Shown here in pieces: positions 19,713-30,665 of a stretch of 64,000 bases of DNA. The notes below the pieces were generated by a model. It searched no databases, had not been told where the DNA came from, and saw nothing but the letters and a program-made list of their open reading frames with translations. Positions within the stretch are counted from its first letter, which is position 1. Each line of letters begins with the position of its first letter. Made by a program: the position numbers and the translations under genes. Source of the stretch: an uncultured virus (IMG/VR IMGVR_UViG_3300050334_000070) (Duplodnaviria; Heunggongvirae; Uroviricota; Caudoviricetes); the IMG/VR virus record IMGVR_UViG_3300050334_000070. The stretch is one strand, 5' to 3'.

Positions 19713-19781
19713 AATCTTCAACCCTTTCTTTCACCTATAATATGGTGATACGATTCCAATTAATATAGAATAACTTATAAT

Positions 19782-22313
19782 TCATTCATCTTCTGTTTCT
19801 TCTAATAGAATATCAAGATGACTACGGAATTTTGATTCAAAAAATCTACCATCTTTTACATAAATAGCGAATGTATTATAATCTATTGGGCTCAAAAAAG
19901 TGAAAAAATATCTATCTGGTTTTCCGTTTTTTTCTAATTCCAAATTTAATAACTCAAAGTGCCGTTTTGCTGCCCTGTTTTTTGCTTTATTCTCAATACT
20001 ATTGTCATTATCCGCTTTTACTTCTACAACAATTATATTGTTGCCTTTTTTTATAAAAAAGTCGGGATTAAATGCTTTAAACTTGCTTCCTTTGTTTTTT
20101 TGGTAATCGATACTATAAAACCCTTTATCTCTAGATTTTATCCATGCATCTATATGCTGAGAAAAATCGTCACTGGTTAAGAGCTCTACGAATCTTTTCT
20201 CAGGTTCAAGAGTAGTAAAAACTATATTAACTGGTGTCTTGAAATTATATCTATTAATTTCATTATCCTGCCGCTTCCTTAACTCTTGACGAACAGCTTC
20301 AAATATTTCCAGTTCATCTTGTGCTATTTCATTTTTATAATTGTCAGAATAAAATAGTGAAACATCCCTTATTAAAGTTCCATATCTAGATATTTCAGAT
20401 CTCATATTAGCTGTATTTAATGGTACAAGAATATCTACTGCTTTTTCAAATACAGGAGTTGCAGGTTTTCTTCTCAGAAGTCCATTAAATCTGCCATATA
20501 TTTTATCTGCGTTTTCCAGCGTTAGATATGAACCATTTTCACCAATACTCCTTAATGATTTCTCGATAAATTCACGAATGTCCTTTGTTGATGGCAATTT
20601 CTCTTGTTCATATTCTCCACTTGGAAATATTAATTTTGCTTCTAAAGCACGACCTTTAAAACTTTCCACAATTTTATTAATAACTTCATCTATAGATATC
20701 ATTTCTTTTTGTATTATGGTAGACTTTGAGTGGAGGTGCCCTTTAATATCTTCGTAAGTTGTCTTTTTGGGCTCCTTTTCGCTTTGAGATACCAATTTTA
20801 TTCCATTTGTTAAATCAAATACCTCCTGAGAAGAGTTATCTTTCTTTTCAACGGTACGTTCTTTCTTGGTATAATTAATGTTATATACTACAAAATTAAA
20901 TTTACTTTTTTCCGGTAAATCAACTATTTTGCTTGATATTGTCATTTCTTTTTCTAATACTTCATCAACTAAAGATTGGATACTCTTACTCCAACTTGCA
21001 TGATTAAATACTCTTACTTTAGGCTGACCTATCGTATTTTCAGGCATACGAAGTCCTCTACCTAAGACTTGTGCAATCAACAACTTAGAATTAAAAGCTC
21101 TATCCTCCCAAGGAACTATTTGAAAGACATTTTTTACATCCCATCCTTCGGTTAACATCGAAACTGAAATAACCCATTCTGCAGGATTATTCCTATCATC
21201 AATTGTTTTTAAAGCTATTACATTCTTTGCATGCTTTGGCGATGAAGTAACTACCAGAACTTTTTTCTCTATCTCCTCTTTATCTATTCTTTCAGTTTTT
21301 TCGAGAAACTCTATAAAATCTTCATACAAATACCCTGCAGATTTAATATCTTTTGTAACCATTATAGTAATAGGCTTGAGATTACTATATTTTTTTTGAA
21401 ACTCTTTATGGTTATCATAAATTTTCTGGAATTTTTCATATTGATCGCCACTTTCATCCTCAGCCACATATTCAACGAGTTTTACAAAACTTCTTTCCAT
21501 TGCTTCCCTAAGAGAAAATCGATATATTACATCAGGGAAATACTCGTTTTCGATATAAGCTGTTCCAGTAAAGCCAAGAAGATATTTAAATCCGAAATCC
21601 TCGCTCAAAAGAAAACTCTTCCATTTTCTTATATCTTTTTCACCACTAGTGTTATATGCATGATGTACTTCATCACTCAGCACTAATGTATTTTCTCCAC
21701 AACCCTTTAAACTATCTACTATGGATGAGTTCGTTCTATCATAAACAGCATGGATATTTTCAATACAAATATCTCCATCTTTTATAGTACTATTTGCATC
21801 AATAATCCTAGGATTCTTGAAAAAAGCTGTTTCCGGGATACTTGCCTTTAACCTAACATCACTTGCTTTCTCTTTAAATTTTTCCATTAGTCCCGTTTCA
21901 ATAGTTATAGAAGGACATAGAACTAATACCTTATTAACAAGGCCTAGTGATAACATAATTTGGGCAATACCATAAATAACATAGCTCTTACCAGTAGCAG
22001 TGGCCAAATCAATCACACCTGAAAGTTTTCCTTTCAGCGGCAATTTATGTATAAATTCATCCTCTGTTCGATACAACCTCTGCAAATCTTGGTTATTTCT
22101 ATAATTTTCACGCGCGAGCTGATCAATATTTGAATATTCTCCGGAAGCTAAATATATAATTGCAGTTTTTATTGCTTCCTTTTGATAGTCTCGATTACCG
22201 CAAAGAATATCTAGATAATCTTCCCATACGTCTAAATTTAGCTTTTTAATATCATAACTACTTCTTACCTTAAGGGTAAGGTCTGATGCATTATGTCTAA
22301 CAACGCCTTCCAT
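19782..22313 (-). CDS. res: Type III R-M restriction subunit (SF2 helicase plus PD-(D/E)xK nuclease)
   Basis: LATATGKS, DEVHH, MLTEGWDV, QVLGRGLR, C-terminal NPDF...VEVK. Confidence 0.85.
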   Translation of the reverse strand: MEGVVRHNASDLTLKVRSSYDIKKLNLDVWEDYLDILCGNRDYQKEAIKTAIIYLASGEYSNIDQLARENYRNNQDLQRLYRTEDEFIHKLPLKGKLSGVIDLATATGKSYVIYGIAQIMLSLGLVNKVLVLCPSITIETGLMEKFKEKASDVRLKASIPETAFFKNPRIIDANSTIKDGDICIENIHAVYDRTNSSIVDSLKGCGENTLVLSDEVHHAYNTSGEKDIRKWKSFLLSEDFGFKYLLGFTGTAYIENEYFPDVIYRFSLREAMERSFVKLVEYVAEDESGDQYEKFQKIYDNHKEFQKKYSNLKPITIMVTKDIKSAGYLYEDFIEFLEKTERIDKEEIEKKVLVVTSSPKHAKNVIALKTIDDRNNPAEWVISVSMLTEGWDVKNVFQIVPWEDRAFNSKLLIAQVLGRGLRMPENTIGQPKVRVFNHASWSKSIQSLVDEVLEKEMTISSKIVDLPEKSKFNFVVYNINYTKKERTVEKKDNSSQEVFDLTNGIKLVSQSEKEPKKTTYEDIKGHLHSKSTIIQKEMISIDEVINKIVESFKGRALEAKLIFPSGEYEQEKLPSTKDIREFIEKSLRSIGENGSYLTLENADKIYGRFNGLLRRKPATPVFEKAVDILVPLNTANMRSEISRYGTLIRDVSLFYSDNYKNEIAQDELEIFEAVRQELRKRQDNEINRYNFKTPVNIVFTTLEPEKRFVELLTSDDFSQHIDAWIKSRDKGFYSIDYQKNKGSKFKAFNPDFFIKKGNNIIVVEVKADNDNSIENKAKNRAAKRHFELLNLELEKNGKPDRYFFTFLSPIDYNTFAIYVKDGRFFESKFRSHLDILLEETEDE

Positions 22314-24419
22314 TTATTTCACCCCCAAGGAAAATTCTTCTTTAAATTCATTTCCATAAATATCGACATATATTGCAAATATCTTTTCTCCAGGTGATTT
22401 TATAGGAACATTGATATTATTAGCATTCTTCAAATCACTTCGGACATCACTAGAAATATTCTTATGTGAAGTAGAACTTTTTTTACTCATTGCTATCAAA
22501 TCTTTTGCAAAATAATAGTCTTTCATTATAAAATCACCATTATAATTATTATCAATTAAAACCATAGCAAGGCTTTCAAAGTTACCAATTTCTTCGCCAG
22601 TTTCATCCATAATATAATCTGACATAAACTTTTTAATGGTAATATAATAATTACCATCAATTTTGCTTAAAATAGTTTCAACTTCCGGTTGTCTAATAAA
22701 ATGAAATCCAATAGCCTCTTCCAAATCATTAATCTGATTTTGACTTTGAGGTTGTTTTATCTTTTTGAAATTTTGGTTATGTAATTCCTTTATTACTTGG
22801 TATGGAATCTTTAAAAAATAATACCTAATTTTATCGACCTCATAATAATCATTTACAAAAGCAACATTGTTGGCAGGTGCAACGATGTAAAACCTATTTT
22901 TTATATGGTCACAAATATTTCTATGAAGATCCATAATATATTGCTCATCAACATCTGCATTACGCATTTTTTCATCCCAATAAGGGTATATTTTAACAAA
23001 ATACCCCCTTTTTTCACCATCAATAGAAACTCCATTAATATCTCTTTTGTCTATATCTTCTATGTCAAACAAGTTTTTAACAAATGATTTATATTTATCT
23101 TCAGATAAAGAAAACACTTTACCTAAATCATATAAACCGGCTGTTACTACAGAAAAAGCTCTTGCGTTCTTTTTGTATTTTTTCTTAGGGTTATTTAAGT
23201 CTTTACTATTAGAAATTTCCAGCAATCGTTTTTGGATAGTATACATTGATAATTTTCCAATATCACAACCTATCCATCTACGATTCAATTTTTCTGCTAC
23301 AGCAAGAGTAGTCCCTGAGCCAGCAAAACAATCCATTACTAAGTCACCTTCTTGTGTACAACACTCAATAACTCGTTTAAGCAGCTCTTCAGGGTTTTCC
23401 GTTGGATATGAGCTTGCAAAAACATAACCTTTTAAATCGGTCCAATTGCTATCAACAGGAATTTCTTCTGTCTGCAAGTACTCAGGACATCCAATTACTC
23501 TTTCACCTAAAATATTAGTATATGTAATATCTTCATTTATTCGTATTCTACCTTCATCAACAAGAGCATCAATCTTTTCCTGTGTATATGACCAATGCCT
23601 ACCTTTTGGAGGATAATATACTTTTCCCATAATTGTTCTTTCTGGTGGTTGCCTTAACCCGGGAGAATGCATACCTCTCCATTGTGGTTCTCTTTGAGCA
23701 CCACAAAAAGAGCAAATTCTATCAATTGTAATTTCTTCAAAAAAATAATTCTCCGTTTTAGAATAAAAATACAGGACATCGGTTGCATGATTAAACTGTT
23801 TTAAATTTCTTAACTGCCTCTTAAAGCGATTAATAATAATCTCATTTCTAAAATTGTTTTTCCCAAAAACCTCATCCATAATGACTTTAATATAATGCCC
23901 AAAATGATAATCTAAACGAACAAAAATAACTCCATCATCGGCCATTACTTCTCTTAATAGTATTAGACGTCTTCTAAGAAATTCGACAAAATCAGCACCT
24001 TTTCGTTTTGCACTGTATGCACTTTGTCCCTTATTACCATCATATTCATCTCCAGTACCAAAAGGTGGGTCAATATAGACTAGTTTCACCTTTCCTTTTA
24101 TCTTATTTGCAATTATCGGATCTTTATCATAATATATCGTTTTTAATACTTGAAGATTATCTCCAAAAATTAATAAATTCTTCCAATCCTCCAGTGCAGA
24201 AGGATGTTCATCACCGTTATACGTCTTTTCAATTTGCAAAGGAACATTTGATATTTCATCAGTATCCGATAAAATATCTTCTTTGCGCATTTTCCCTGCA
24301 TAGGTTAGTTCATACTCTTTTTGAACCGTAGGAAAAAGATCATACTTATATTCCTCGGGGATTCTCTGCCCGTCCTTTAAACATTTGATTATATACTCAA
24401 TATCATACTGATTTAACAT
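22314..24419 (-). CDS. mod: Type III R-M modification subunit (beta-class amino methyltransferase)
   Basis: LIFGDNL, YIDPPF, DCFAGSGTT; abuts res; GGAGG RBS. Confidence 0.85.
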   Translation of the reverse strand: MLNQYDIEYIIKCLKDGQRIPEEYKYDLFPTVQKEYELTYAGKMRKEDILSDTDEISNVPLQIEKTYNGDEHPSALEDWKNLLIFGDNLQVLKTIYYDKDPIIANKIKGKVKLVYIDPPFGTGDEYDGNKGQSAYSAKRKGADFVEFLRRRLILLREVMADDGVIFVRLDYHFGHYIKVIMDEVFGKNNFRNEIIINRFKRQLRNLKQFNHATDVLYFYSKTENYFFEEITIDRICSFCGAQREPQWRGMHSPGLRQPPERTIMGKVYYPPKGRHWSYTQEKIDALVDEGRIRINEDITYTNILGERVIGCPEYLQTEEIPVDSNWTDLKGYVFASSYPTENPEELLKRVIECCTQEGDLVMDCFAGSGTTLAVAEKLNRRWIGCDIGKLSMYTIQKRLLEISNSKDLNNPKKKYKKNARAFSVVTAGLYDLGKVFSLSEDKYKSFVKNLFDIEDIDKRDINGVSIDGEKRGYFVKIYPYWDEKMRNADVDEQYIMDLHRNICDHIKNRFYIVAPANNVAFVNDYYEVDKIRYYFLKIPYQVIKELHNQNFKKIKQPQSQNQINDLEEAIGFHFIRQPEVETILSKIDGNYYITIKKFMSDYIMDETGEEIGNFESLAMVLIDNNYNGDFIMKDYYFAKDLIAMSKKSSTSHKNISSDVRSDLKNANNINVPIKSPGEKIFAIYVDIYGNEFKEEFSLGVK

Positions 24420-24454
24420 AATAGCAGCCTCCAACACTAATATTACAACTTGCT

Positions 24455-24661
24455 CTAATCATCTGGAGTTAGATCCATGATATCTGCAGATGTACAATTT
24501 AACTCATTACAGATTTTTTGTATTACATCAAAACTGACAGGTTGATTTTTGCTTAGCTTAGAAAGAGTCGATGGACTTATTTTGCAAACTTTACGCAAGT
24601 CCATTTTTTTCATACCTTTATCAATTAACAATTTCCATAGCTTGTTATAGCTAATCGCCAT
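24455..24661 (-). CDS. Cro/C1-type HTH regulator
   Basis: MAISYNKLWKLLIDK...KIC.ELNC...DIM. Confidence 0.85.
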   Translation of the reverse strand: MAISYNKLWKLLIDKGMKKMDLRKVCKISPSTLSKLSKNQPVSFDVIQKICNELNCTSADIMDLTPDD

Positions 24662-24786
24662 ACTGCCACCCCCATATGGTAAATAGTGTATCATAAGATC
24701 TTAAAAATATCAAATGCGATATTATAAAATTATTATAAGTTTGCGTATTTTATTTACAGTCATAGTACTATAATTGTTAAAATACA

Positions 24787-24833
24787 AATAATCGCCGATG
24801 AAAGTGCAGCATGCACCTTTACCGGCGATTATT
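24787..24833 (-). terminator. Hairpin/terminator downstream of the recombinase operon
   Basis: AATAATCGCCG...CGGCGATTATT inverted repeat. Confidence 0.55.
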
Positions 24834-24854
24834 ATTTCTGTTACATTTATTTGT

Positions 24855-26426
24855 CTAAAACACTATCTGAATATCCATTCCCGACTTAAATCCGACCTTA
24901 AATTTATCCTTGAACACAGTAATATGTTCTATGAGAAACCTGACCAGCTTTTCATCGAACTCGGTGATGATACCGCTTTGCCCTTGTAGGAACTCCATCA
25001 TCTCTGCAATCCGCTGCCGCCTGTTCTGCCGCTCGGCCCTGCTGGCCAATGTTTCCTGCCGCAACTCCCGCAATCGGTAGATTTCATTTACCACACTGTC
25101 ATAGGCTGCTTTTGTACTGGCAAGCCGCAAGAGTTCATGCTGCAGTTCTTCAAGCTTTTTATCTATAGCTTCCGTGCTTTCATCAAACTCCCCGCCCAAT
25201 GCCGTTTCAATGTTCCTGCGGAGAGTTTCAATAAACTCATCCCGCCCGGCAATTATGCTGTTGATAGCTTTGAGCACTGCTTTCTGCAGTTCTTCCTCTG
25301 GAACGGTCGGCGAGCCGCAGTCAGAACCTTTTTCCTCCAGCCTGCTAGCACACCGCCATACAATGGACTTTTTACCGCGGTTGTTCCAATGCACCCTGCG
25401 GTAAATTTCACCGCATTCTCCGCAAAAAACGATACTCGACAGCGCATATTTGGAACTGTAAACGCGCTTGCCGCCTTTCTCGCCGCTCCGAAGGTTTGCC
25501 CGTCTTGCCAGCTCTTCCTGTGCCAGCATAAAAAGCTCCCGCGGAATAATCGGCTCGTGGCTGTTTTCTACATAATACTGCGGCACGATGCCGTTATTGA
25601 TAACCCGCTTCTTGGAAAGGAAATCCACTGTATAAGTCTTTTGCAAAAGGGCGTCCCCGATATACTTCTCGTTTTTGAGTATCTTTCGGATTGTTTCCGG
25701 CCGCCATTTAGGTTTGCCTGCAGCGGTAAGAATGCCGTCAGCTTCAAGACCACGGCCTATCTGCAGAAGGCTCGCGCCCTCAAGAAATTCCCGATAAATG
25801 CGTTTGACAATTTCCGCTTCCTTGGGAACAATAACCAGCCGTTTGTTTTCATCCTTTGTATAGCCTAAGAACCGGTTGTGATTTACCTGTATCTCGCCGT
25901 TTTGAAACCGGAATGCAATGCCCATCCTGACGTTCTGGCTGAGCGACTGGCTTTCCTGCTGCGCAAGGCTCGCCATGATAGTTAAAAGGATTTCTCCCTT
26001 ACTGTCCATGGTGTTGATGTTTTCCTTCTCGAAAAGCACCGGTATGCCCTTGTCCTTCAACTGGCGTATGTATTTCAAACAATCGAGGGTATTCCTGGCA
26101 AAGCGGCTGATGGATTTGGTTATCACCATATCGATTTTGCCCGCCATGCATTCCTCGATCATGCGGTTGAATTCCGCTCGTTTTTTCGTGTTTGTTCCGG
26201 TAATTCCTTCATCCGCAAAGATTCCGGCCAGTTCCCACTCGGGATTGCTTTGGATGTATCTGGTATAATGCTCTATCTGCACTTCATAACTGGACGCCTG
26301 CTCTTCATTGTCAGTGGAAACCCTGCAGTAGGCCGCTACCCGCAGCTTTTGCCTGGCATTAGCCTCTGCAGTTCTATTCTGCCTCGGTTTTGCCGGTATT
26401 ACCGACACGGTTTTTGCTGCCGCCAA
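24855..26426 (-). CDS. Large serine recombinase
   Basis: [22 protein letters not shown], recombinase domain, Zn ribbon (CGEC...WRC), coiled coil. Confidence 0.95.
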   Translation of the reverse strand: MAAAKTVSVIPAKPRQNRTAEANARQKLRVAAYCRVSTDNEEQASSYEVQIEHYTRYIQSNPEWELAGIFADEGITGTNTKKRAEFNRMIEECMAGKIDMVITKSISRFARNTLDCLKYIRQLKDKGIPVLFEKENINTMDSKGEILLTIMASLAQQESQSLSQNVRMGIAFRFQNGEIQVNHNRFLGYTKDENKRLVIVPKEAEIVKRIYREFLEGASLLQIGRGLEADGILTAAGKPKWRPETIRKILKNEKYIGDALLQKTYTVDFLSKKRVINNGIVPQYYVENSHEPIIPRELFMLAQEELARRANLRSGEKGGKRVYSSKYALSSIVFCGECGEIYRRVHWNNRGKKSIVWRCASRLEEKGSDCGSPTVPEEELQKAVLKAINSIIAGRDEFIETLRRNIETALGGEFDESTEAIDKKLEELQHELLRLASTKAAYDSVVNEIYRLRELRQETLASRAERQNRRQRIAEMMEFLQGQSGIITEFDEKLVRFLIEHITVFKDKFKVGFKSGMDIQIVF

Positions 26427-27207
26427 CTATAATCAGCTCCTTCCCATATATTTTTCCGTTAATAAGTTCAAACATCGCCGTCCCGCTGTGAAATACCGTA
26501 ATTCTCTTAACCACCTTTGACATAAACTCCCCGTCGAAAGCCGCCGGCACATTGTCCATAAAGTATATCAACTTTTCCGTCATATAATCAAAATCATCTG
26601 CTTCAACCAGCGAATAGGCATACTCCGCCTGCTTAAGCGGATCATCATATTTCTTCTCAATAACCAGCCTCTTTTTGGGCGGCCTTGCTTTAACATCCTC
26701 CATATCCAGCGCACAGACAACCTCCATGAATGCTTCTTCAAGACTTTGTTCCGATATCACTGGGCTGGCGCAGCACAGCCGCCCTTTGACGACACGCCTG
26801 CTGCACCTCCACCGTTCCTTGCCGTTTTCCGCGTAGCGGCGGTATTCGCTGCCGCATTTGCCGCAGAAAACCCTGCCCCAAAAAGGCGAGATGTTTGATT
26901 TATCGTCAGCAAAGTAATTCCGGTTTCTCCCAAGCGTCTCTGCGCGCCGTATGCGCTCTTCCTGAACACGATTAAAAAGCTCCGCACCGATAATGGCAGG
27001 ATAAAATCCGCCGCCAAGATACCGCTCGTCGGAAAGCATCAGTCCAATTGAAGCATGCTTGCGGGGAATGCCCGCCTTTTTTGCCGCGCCCTCCAAAGAC
27101 AAGCCTCCGGCATATTCTGCAAAAAGCGTCTTGACTTGCGCGGCTTTGCTTTTGTCAAGAAATGCAGACCCGTATTTAATTTTATATCCGTAAGGTATAT
27201 GCGCCAT
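26374..27207 (-). CDS. Recombinase-domain/Zn-ribbon accessory protein lacking the catalytic domain
   Basis: IPYGY...YLG...YPAII and CGKCG...WRC, but no RVST motif. Confidence 0.8.
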   Translation of the reverse strand: MAHIPYGYKIKYGSAFLDKSKAAQVKTLFAEYAGGLSLEGAAKKAGIPRKHASIGLMLSDERYLGGGFYPAIIGAELFNRVQEERIRRAETLGRNRNYFADDKSNISPFWGRVFCGKCGSEYRRYAENGKERWRCSRRVVKGRLCCASPVISEQSLEEAFMEVVCALDMEDVKARPPKKRLVIEKKYDDPLKQAEYAYSLVEADDFDYMTEKLIYFMDNVPAAFDGEFMSKVVKRITVFHSGTAMFELINGKIYGKELIIVGGSKNRVGNTGKTEAE

Positions 27208-28785
27208 TTACCGTTCAATCCTTTCCCTTAAGACAAGGCCGCATTTCATTCGGAATCCAATCTCTGCCGGCGAAAAAACGGTGATGCCTTCCACAAATCT
27301 TTCAAAGAGAAATTCATCAAACTCCTCAATAATGCCGCCTTCTTTTGACAGGTATTTAAGCAGTGCTTCCGCTTCTGAAAGCGCAGACCGTCCTCCGGCA
27401 GAGGACGCTGCCAGCGCTGCCCGCTGTTCCCTGAGCCTTGCCGTTTCTGCCTTAATTTCATTGTTCTGCTTATTAAAAAGAACGGGATCCAGATACCCTT
27501 TCGTCAGGAAACTGACCAGTATCTGCACCCGCTCCGCGTTTTCCTCTATTTTTGCGTCAATTTCTCTTATCTTTGCATAAGAACCGCTTGCATCCTGTTC
27601 CTTCAAAGCTTCAACCAGCGGCTTCAAAATAATGCTGTGATTGCTGTATAATTTGTTCATCATCAAAACAAATGCTGCTTTGATGCGGTCATCGCGAATG
27701 TATACCATGGAGCAATCCTTGGTCTTGCTGGCAATGTGCTTGCTGCAGCACCATGCTATATATTGCCCGGGCTTATTTGCCATATGGATCCGCCGTTTGA
27801 ATACGCTGCCGCATTCGCCGCAGATAATCCTGCCGGAAAAAACATAACGATTCAAATATTTGCCCGCGCCTTTTTCAATTCCTTTTTCACGGCCGCGCTG
27901 TTCCAATATGCGCTTTGCCGCTTCAAAATTCTCCCGGCTTATGATGGCTTCATGATGATCTTGCATATAATACATTTCTTCTTCGCCATGGTTATAATGA
28001 CGGATAAAATTATCGTCGGTATAGGTCTTTTGAAAAAGAACATCGCCCACATACTTCTCATTTTCGAGTATCCCGCGGACAGCCGACGCCGTCCATTTCT
28101 TGCCCCGGGCGGGTTTGATGCCGTCCGCGTTAAGTCCTTCTGCCACGGCATGAGTGCCTCTGCCCGCCAAAACTTCCGTAAAGATACGTTTCACCACCGC
28201 CGCCTGCTCTGGATGCGGAACTATCGTTCCGCTGCAATATATATAACCGTAGGGCGGGTTTGCAAGCTTGAACGTCCCGCTTTGAAACCTCCTCTTAATG
28301 CCCCATTTGTTGTTCTGCGAGATGGAAACCGACTCGTTTTCCGCAAGGCTGCTGAGCACCGAAAGCAAAAGCTCGCTGTCCATGGCGCGGGTATTGATGT
28401 TCTCCTTTTCAAAATAGATGAAAACGCCAAGCTCCGAAAGCCTGCGGACGATCTCAAGGCAGTCGGCGGTATTTCTCGCAAACCGGCTTATGGATTTGGT
28501 AATGATAAAGTCTATCTTATGCTTCTCGCAGTCCTGCAAAAGCCTCAAAAGCCCCTCGCGGTTTTCCTTTTTGGTGCCGGAAATGCCCTCGTCGCAATAG
28601 AGCTCCGCAAACTCCCACTCCGGATTGTCTTTAATAACCTTCTCATAATGCTGTTTTTGCGCCTCAAGGCTTAGAAGCTGGCCGTCATTGTCGGTGGAAA
28701 CGCGGCAATAGGCGGCAGTCCGAAGTTTCAAGGATGAAATCAATCTGTCCCCGTTAGCTTCTATCTTCATTACCTTTCGCATCAT
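27208..28785 (-). CDS. Large serine recombinase
   Basis: [42 protein letters not shown]. Confidence 0.95.
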   Translation of the reverse strand: MMRKVMKIEANGDRLISSLKLRTAAYCRVSTDNDGQLLSLEAQKQHYEKVIKDNPEWEFAELYCDEGISGTKKENREGLLRLLQDCEKHKIDFIITKSISRFARNTADCLEIVRRLSELGVFIYFEKENINTRAMDSELLLSVLSSLAENESVSISQNNKWGIKRRFQSGTFKLANPPYGYIYCSGTIVPHPEQAAVVKRIFTEVLAGRGTHAVAEGLNADGIKPARGKKWTASAVRGILENEKYVGDVLFQKTYTDDNFIRHYNHGEEEMYYMQDHHEAIISRENFEAAKRILEQRGREKGIEKGAGKYLNRYVFSGRIICGECGSVFKRRIHMANKPGQYIAWCCSKHIASKTKDCSMVYIRDDRIKAAFVLMMNKLYSNHSIILKPLVEALKEQDASGSYAKIREIDAKIEENAERVQILVSFLTKGYLDPVLFNKQNNEIKAETARLREQRAALAASSAGGRSALSEAEALLKYLSKEGGIIEEFDEFLFERFVEGITVFSPAEIGFRMKCGLVLRERIER

Positions 28786-28804
28786 TTTCACCTCCTCCCG
28801 GGGT

Positions 28805-28839
28805 GGACATGATACCTCTGCGTGTAAATAATAGCAAGG
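28805..28839 (-). promoter_or_regulatory. Repeated 35-bp promoter-like motif, copy upstream of the recombinase operon
   Basis: CCTTGCT-N12-CAGAG-N5-ATGTCC; same spacing at 48818 and 50221. Confidence 0.6.
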
Positions 28840-28842
28840 CAA

Positions 28843-29076
28843 TTACGCCATTAACTGTGCCAATTTTGGCGAGAAAGATCTGCGGTTTAATTCGTCGATT
28901 TTGTGGAATTCATCCGGTGTGACCAAACCCACGTCAAGCATCTTCTGCAGGATTTTCCTGGAACGCCAGTAGTCCAGCTCGCCCTGCATCTCCTCCGGCG
29001 GCATGGTAAGCTCCGCTCTTTTCACATAATCCTCGAATCCCTCCGGATGCATGGAAACCGTTCCTGCATGCGCCAC
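28843..29076 (-). CDS. Small SHOCT-like protein preceding the recombinases
   Basis: ELDY.....ILQKMLD.GL.T.DEF.KI...NR.SFSP; GGAGGTG RBS with GTG start. Confidence 0.7.
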   Translation of the reverse strand: MAHAGTVSMHPEGFEDYVKRAELTMPPEEMQGELDYWRSRKILQKMLDVGLVTPDEFHKIDELNRRSFSPKLAQLMA

Positions 29077-29159
29077 AATAAACACCTCCCCGATTATTAA
29101 AGCGGGAACGGCCAAACCGCCGCTCCCGCTGTCATGATATTGCATCAATTGCCAGCACC

Positions 29160-30164
29160 TTATTTCGGCGGTATCTTCAAAACCTGCCCAGGATAAATCG
29201 CGGTCGAGGACAGGCCGTTTAAGGACATAATCTCCGGATACCTTGCCCCGCTGCCGAGCTGATTTTGGGCAATGCTCCAAAGGGAGTCGCCCTTGGCAAC
29301 CGTATAAATGGAGTACGTTTCGCCGGTCTGATTGCCGTCAACCTTCACTAAAACATCCTTGTCCACCCATGTGTTTATGCCTGCAACTTCTGAACCGCCG
29401 GATTTCTTCACCTTCCTGCCCAGCAGGACGCATTCTTTGCCGCCTTTTATAACCGTCTTACCTCCGGATACGGTCTGTGTGACCCTGTGGTAATAGTCGG
29501 TCTTGACCCATGAAGGAATGGTCACGCTGCCGGGATAATAGTTACCGGCGCTGTCCTTAAACTCCACCAGATCCCCTATACCAATTTCAGCGCTGTCATT
29601 TGTATCTTTTTCCAACGCTCGTTTTACTGCCGCGCGGAAGGTGTCCATGCTCTCCCCATGCTTGGGTAACCAGTGCATGACGTCAGCATGATTGCTGGCA
29701 ATACCAAGCCTGTATCCTTCGCTGTGGCAGATGATGTCATTCTCGTCAAGGCCGTATTCCCTGCAGAGCATGACGCAGAGTTCAACAGCGTTCTGCCACG
29801 CTTTGCGGAAAAAGCCTTCCTGCTTTTTTGCGTCGTATCCAACCATCGTGCCACCCGAATAAGAAAATCCCTCAGGCTCGCAGATTTCAAACCCTATGTG
29901 CGTGTCGTTGCCGGAGCCGCCGCAGTGCCAGCCGCGATGGTTCCAAGGCAGGTACTGCCAGACCTCCTTATCATCCACAAAGGCATGTACGCAGACCTGC
30001 CTATTTGTTTCACCAGCCTTATAGGATTTGTTCCAGCGGGAAAACCAGTCAGCCGCCATCACGCCCGGCGTTGCCGTTGAATGAACCATAATGCCCTTGG
30101 GCGTAATTTTTCTGCCCGCCGTATAGCAGTCGTTTCGCGTCATGTACTTCGTGTACAGCTTCAT
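29160..30164 (-). CDS. Endolysin: N-acetylmuramoyl-L-alanine amidase with C-terminal LysM
   Basis: IMVHST, WHCGG..N..HIGFEICE, SNHAD; YTVAKGDSLWSIA. Confidence 0.9.
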   Translation of the reverse strand: MKLYTKYMTRNDCYTAGRKITPKGIMVHSTATPGVMAADWFSRWNKSYKAGETNRQVCVHAFVDDKEVWQYLPWNHRGWHCGGSGNDTHIGFEICEPEGFSYSGGTMVGYDAKKQEGFFRKAWQNAVELCVMLCREYGLDENDIICHSEGYRLGIASNHADVMHWLPKHGESMDTFRAAVKRALEKDTNDSAEIGIGDLVEFKDSAGNYYPGSVTIPSWVKTDYYHRVTQTVSGGKTVIKGGKECVLLGRKVKKSGGSEVAGINTWVDKDVLVKVDGNQTGETYSIYTVAKGDSLWSIAQNQLGSGARYPEIMSLNGLSSTAIYPGQVLKIPPK

Positions 30165-30580
30165 TTCTTTTCATCCTCCTCATCTGAGCGGTTATGCAGC
30201 TGCTCCAGTACGTTCTTTAACTTCTCAGGAATTGGCAGCCCAACATGCGCGGCATTTTCCAGTATTGAAATACCCTCATTGCTCAAATAAAAGAAGATAA
30301 CCGCCGTCCGGATTGCACCGCCGTTGCCGAGCACCTGACTGTCAATGATGTGCCCCACGCCCACCAGCACAAAAATGAGCACCTTCTTGAAGATGCCCTT
30401 GGCACCGACTTCACTGGACAGCTTCCTGTCCGCAATCGCGCACATCACGCCGGTCAGGTAGTCGATAGCCACAAAGGCGATCAGCGCATACAGAAAACCG
30501 TCCGGCCCGCCGAGAAACCAGCCGAGGAATCCGCCGATGGCGGCAAAGACCGCCTGCATCCAGTTCCATACCGTTTTCAT
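30161..30580 (-). CDS. Phage holin
   Basis: IDYLTG, FFYLSNEGISILEN...GLPIP; transmembrane segments; overlaps the lysin start. Confidence 0.9.
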   Translation of the reverse strand: MKTVWNWMQAVFAAIGGFLGWFLGGPDGFLYALIAFVAIDYLTGVMCAIADRKLSSEVGAKGIFKKVLIFVLVGVGHIIDSQVLGNGGAIRTAVIFFYLSNEGISILENAAHVGLPIPEKLKNVLEQLHNRSDEEDEKK

Positions 30581-30665
30581 TGATAAAACCTCCGTTTCAA
30601 TCAAATTTGCATATAAAAAAGCGCCCTGCCTTAAAGCAAAGCGCTGAATATATAAGACTTTTAAC

